DNA of 7,277 nt from Candidatus Helarchaeota ASGARD archaeon Hel_GB_B (GTDB lineage: Archaea > Asgardarchaeota > Lokiarchaeia > Helarchaeales > HEL-GB-B). Shown piece after piece: positions 5,101 through 7,277 of the stretch. The first letter of the stretch is position 1. Each line of letters opens with the position of its first letter. Location of the stretch: NCBI GenBank assembly GCA_005191425.1, contig SUPR01000135.1, positions 1 through 7,277 of the forward strand. The letters run 5' to 3'. Under the pieces are notes generated by a model. That model did not search any database. It was not told where the DNA came from and worked only from the letters and a program-made list of their open reading frames with translations. The translations under genes were made by a program, and so were the position numbers.

Positions 5101-7277
5101 TTTTTGAAACCGGTATTGGTAATGCATATAATAACTTTTATGCATATGTTGATGCAGTGGATTATTCTTGGTCTAATGGCTATTTCTTTAATCGAAATTA
5201 TGTTTATACCACTCTATTTAATTTTACAGTTTTTGATCCTTATCCTCCTCCTCAAGTAAAAGGTGTTACACCATTGAATCTTGGGACCGGAAATACATTA
5301 AATGTTTCCTGGACTCCAAGTCCTGCCGACGATGTTGAATACTATTTGGTTTATATAAGTAGTAATATTACTGGACCTTTTACCCTCCAAGCCAATGTCT
5401 CTGCTCCTACCACTTATACTATTGTTACAAATTTAACTGATGGTCAAACTTATTATTTTATGGTATCAGCCGTTGATGCAGTCCCTCATTATGGAAAAAA
5501 TTCAACAAAAAAAGCCGGTATTCCCTCTGATATCACCCCTCCCGCTCAAGTTCAAGGTGTAAGCGTTTCTGTTATTAATACTGGAAATGAACTTAATATC
5601 ACTTGGTCTCCAAATACTGAACCTGATTTTGTCCATTATCTCGTTTATAGAAGTACTGTTTCTGGATTTAATCCAAGTAAGTCTAATTGGATTGCTAATA
5701 CCACTAATACTTATTATCATGATACCGGACTTGTGGATGGAGTAACTTACTATTATAAAATTACTGCAATTGATGATGGTGGACCTACCCCCAATGAAGG
5801 TACTCCTTCTTCTCAAGTTAGTGGAATTCCTCAAGATACTGTCCCTCCAGGACAAGTTACGGGCTTACAAGTAATTGTAGTCCCTTCTGGTAATAAATTG
5901 AACCTTGAATGGAATGCTGTTTCTGACCCTGATGTAGCAGGCTATCATATATACAGAAATTCGACTTCTTCTACATTTCAGTTAATTGGAACTACTTCCA
6001 ATACTTGGTTCAACGATACCAGTTTAACAGACGGGCAGAAATACTGGTATAAAGTAGCTGCGATAGACGAAGTACCTAACGAAGGTCTAAACTCAACGAT
6101 AGTGAGTGGTACTCCGCAGGATACAGTAGCTCCAAGCCAAGTTAATATATTAAGTGTAAATGCAGTCCCAAGCGGTAACGCACTTAATATTACATGGAAC
6201 TTGAGCAATGCTGAAGATATTGTGGGCTATTATCTATATAATAGTACCTCTGAATCAGGTCCCTATACACTTTTAACTACGATTATCCACCCGACCGATT
6301 ATTATATCCATTCCGGGTTGATTGATGGGCAGACCTATTGGTATAAAGTTTCACCTTACGATGAGGTGCCAAATGCAGGCCAAAACTCCAGTGCAGCAAG
6401 TGGAGTGCCTGCAGATTCAGTAGCGCCGGGGCAGGTGACTGGAGTCTCTGTCTCCAATCTTGGAATTGGAAATACCTTGAATATTACTTGGTCCCCGAGC
6501 AGCGCCTCTGATATTGTCAAATATATAATTTATAGATGTTTATCAGAGCCCAGTGGTTATGTTAATATTGTAAATATAACACACCCGACTACTTATTATG
6601 TAGACTCGGGACTTGTAGACGGTGTGACTTACTATTATAAAATAGCAGCGGTCGATGAAGTGCCCAATTATGGTACAAACTCGACTGTGAAGTCCGGAAT
6701 TCCAACTGATGTCACACCTCCAGCTCAAGTCCAGAACGTCTCTGTAACTGTAATTTATACTGGAAATGAGCTTAACATTACATGGTCTCCAAATACTGAA
6801 CCAGACCTTGTTAAATATCGTGTATATAGGAGCACAACTTCTGGATTTACTCCAAACCAGGCAAATTGGCTTGCCAATACTACTGATAATTATTATCATG
6901 ACACAGGATTAGTCGATGGACAAACTTATTACTATAGAATTTCTGCAGTAGATGATGGTGGGCCAAATAAAAACGAAGGTGTTCCTTCAAATGAAGTAAG
7001 TGGCACACCTCAAGATACCACACCTCCAGGGCAAGTTATGGGCTTACAAGTAATTGTAGTCCCTTCTGGTAATAAATTGAACCTTGAATGGAATGCTGTA
7101 TCTGGTGATGTTTCCAGTTATAGGGTATATAGGAACACGACTTCCTTAAATTGGGCATTAATAGCGACCACAGCGAATGTTTATTATAACGATACCGGTC
7201 TAACAGACGGGCAGAAATACTGGTATAAAGTAGCTGCGATAGACGAAGTACCTAACGAAGGTCTAAACTCAACGATA
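2016..7277 (+). CDS. Giant modular cell-surface glycoprotein / putative adhesin: uncharacterised head + Ig-like + 2x LamG-like + at least 7x FN3-like domains, C-terminus beyond right edge (>1754 aa)
   Basis: Hand translation from ATG 2016 is open for 1754 codons: MQKRKIKNKSKTKFLLFSIIICFGLLFSIYVG...WHSIPFQIDE...DELVFYA...GPIRTIV...DTAPP...HRKVVQFYD...WHHIYITF...VDAIDASW...GNTLNVSW...DGQTYYF...EVPNEGLNSTI. An in-frame TGA at 1983-1985 with no intervening ATG fixes the start. Confidence 0.95.
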   Translation, partial: MQKRKIKNKSKTKFLLFSIIICFGLLFSIYVGSVPFTNSQPSIRHVNEGNNTPINTDVIIPGNLTRKWEPIVLNLSNLPSAFKGMSWGNIRVTIYNPNDARWHSIPFQIDEWGGRFEWQDGTYLNKSAITIGATFGITGLDTDGIDDQPSGSSDELVFYAHSGAYVPPTMWWEGDSGGTYPNRLEVMISDPVDGGHSWMYIYYDKIINHGNPVPTWSDYPKQGWNSTEFRAFGEHYNVVKNKTNPDLENKLYSNIGQYDDLFNESFKSYSDMTLTNATLAYTENITANREGIWNNTSYSDRKTELAYPENTSSGGFENEGGAGTVIVSGPIRTIVNKRIFMVFNNSIHPLYSVQHQNEIFYMDSKIVKYVKQIDSYGLFNISINYDYDFVTSINKSIRSNIKVYEGWRNATIKVNTPNGVANESGELKSTLGPTGTNPKAPVKLNPDIPDFIFFTSSSSGSAWMLCPRDQYNISNSGVYWKDDNSTSEIGLIISDVYPDAPLVTFIKWKYTGSISNPLQAKKEGLVYLRQTANPLTLNGTVQSRPIDTAPPLIGQPLQIPSPSVNNDSTTVIVNITDFGVGVHRAFLVYSNGSIPTTIEMYYLPEYGLYSAEIPKHPYLTNISYFIYANDTFGNYAYTPFDYLGEFSFTTDIDNLPPSHWYVPPVLNTLVNVKYEYAFHRKVVQFYDNNSIVGGWARMNSGFFGHIITGQSEWWMSGIEGTSGNGKFYVEFFDAVNTTAIKLKANWDTGVNTLSYWNGISWSVIVPSPLFKNNTWHHIYITFNCSNTNQTFGIYVDGNYYGRYNLLNSITSISRASFYTGDVDSFNNYMAWVDAIDASWGHKYYKFRDKDTYQMIRQYHGLFSFETDPKGSDPQNWTIYEGGIGTTHVNVEYEKLRHRKVVEFWDDEVSDNCRMINNFYGVQNGTVEWWMIGNDENSSNGAFYIEFADNMFNIPIYLLADWSYGKESLSYFNGTKFVTIVNSPLFTANKWHHIAVKFDAINNSFEIAVDKVYLGKYNFSISVNNISQLIFETGIGNAYNNFYAYVDAVDYSWSNGYFFNRNYVYTTLFNFTVFDPYPPPQVKGVTPLNLGTGNTLNVSWTPSPADDVEYYLVYISSNITGPFTLQANVSAPTTYTIVTNLTDGQTYYFMVSAVDAVPHYGKNSTKKAGIPSDITPPAQVQGVSVSVINTGNELNITWSPNTEPDFVHYLVYRSTVSGFNPSKSNWIANTTNTYYHDTGLVDGVTYYYKITAIDDGGPTPNEGTPSSQVSGIPQDTVPPGQVTGLQVIVVPSGNKLNLEWNAVSDPDVAGYHIYRNSTSSTFQLIGTTSNTWFNDTSLTDGQKYWYKVAAIDEVPNEGLNSTIVSGTPQDTVAPSQVNILSVNAVPSGNALNITWNLSNAEDIVGYYLYNSTSESGPYTLLTTIIHPTDYYIHSGLIDGQTYWYKVSPYDEVPNAGQNSSAASGVPADSVAPGQVTGVSVSNLGIGNTLNITWSPSSASDIVKYIIYRCLSEPSGYVNIVNITHPTTYYVDSGLVDGVTYYYKIAAVDEVPNYGTNSTVKSGIPTDVTPPAQVQNVSVTVIYTGNELNITWSPNTEPDLVKYRVYRSTTSGFTPNQANWLANTTDNYYHDTGLVDGQTYYYRISAVDDGGPNKNEGVPSNEVSGTPQDTTPPGQVMGLQVIVVPSGNKLNLEWNAVSGDVSSYRVYRNTTSLNWALIATTANVYYNDTGLTDGQKYWYKVAAIDEVPNEGLNSTI
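2190..3650 (+). other. Uncharacterised ~490-aa N-terminal head domain(s), possibly DUF4861-like / galactose-mutarotase-like beta-supersandwich
   Basis: Motifs WEPIVL (2217), IPFQIDE (2328), DTDGIDD...DELVFYA (2475), DPVDGG (2583), GPIRTIV (3000). The family resemblance is from memory only. Confidence 0.4.
3654..3940 (+). other. Single Ig-like beta-sandwich domain
   Basis: Starts with a DxxPP linker (DTAPP); pattern VNITDFGVGV..AFLVY...M...YSAEIP...ISYFIYANDTFGN is typical of archaeal extracellular Ig-like domains. Confidence 0.65.
3951..5200 (+). repeat. Two tandem ~200-aa LamG/concanavalin-A-like domains (3951-~4550 and 4599-~5200, offset 648 nt)
   Basis: Shared motifs FSFxxD..P..W, HRKVV(Q/E)F(Y/W)D, EWWM, FY(V/I)EF, LSY(W/F)NG, SPLF..N.WHHI...F, VD..Y.G.YN, VDA(I/V)D.SW; about 85 identities in ~195 aligned positions by eye. 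WHHI...F and I.VD are LamG-like hallmarks. Confidence 0.7.
5861..5920 (+). repeat. 60-nt exact direct repeat, copy 1 (copy 2 at 7040-7099)
   Basis: gggcttacaagtaattgtagtcccttctggtaataaattgaaccttgaatggaatgctgt is identical at both sites; offset 1179. Confidence 0.95.
6025..6101 (+). repeat. 77-nt exact direct repeat, copy 1 (copy 2 at 7201-7277, reaching the window end)
   Basis: taacagacgggcagaaatactggtataaagtagctgcgatagacgaagtacctaacgaaggtctaaactcaacgata is identical at both sites; offset 1176. Confidence 0.95.

Larger units (their letters stand above)
5235..7277 (+). repeat. Tandem array of at least 7 FN3-like domains: 5235-5528, 5529-5834, 5835-6119, 6120-6413, 6414-6707, 6708-7013, 7014->7277
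   Basis: Unit lengths 98, 102, 95, 98, 98, 102 and >88 aa. Each has DxxxP.QV, GN.LN..W, Y..Y, L.DG..Y(Y/W) and a C-terminal G.P; the W and Y positions match the FN3 signature. Confidence 0.9.

Noticed and set aside
5502-6899. Track ORFs 5502-5855, 5978-6208 and 6543-6899 on the - strand, with mutual similarity (e.g. RFSIWRP / WFSIWRP)
   Set aside because: Antisense to the FN3 array; their similarity just mirrors the sense-strand repeats, and biased sense codon usage can leave antisense frames open.
5835-7277. Possible diversity-generating retroelement TR/VR pair (units 3 and 7)
   Set aside because: Mismatches are not restricted to adenines in either copy, an indel is present, both copies are in-frame coding, and no reverse transcriptase is in the window.
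1-7277. Alternative genetic code or frameshift as the reason the main genes are absent from the ORF track
   Set aside because: Both long frames contain no stop codon under the standard code; they are most likely missing because they lack a stop within the window.

Overview
The window holds two large, divergently transcribed genes for secreted/surface proteins separated by a 396-nt AT-rich spacer (1620-2015). Both run off the window edges with no stop codon, and neither is in the supplied ORF track; all five track ORFs are antisense or off-frame shadows of the right-hand gene. Left gene (- strand, ATG 1619, open for 539 codons): signal peptide plus an Asn/Ile/Ser-rich, Trp-free predicted beta-helix with about 36 N-glycosylation sequons. 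Right gene (+ strand, ATG 2016, open for 1754 codons): signal/anchor, a ~490-aa uncharacterised head, one Ig-like domain, two tandem LamG/ConA-like domains and at least 7 FN3-like domains. The FN3 array has a 393-aa (1179-nt) higher-order period, a patchwork of perfectly identical and fully diverged DNA tracts between units 3 and 7, and unit-specific codon bias, which suggests ongoing module exchange. Sequon density and domain style point to an archaeon, plausibly Asgard (inference from recalled motifs, not a search). All counts were done by hand.
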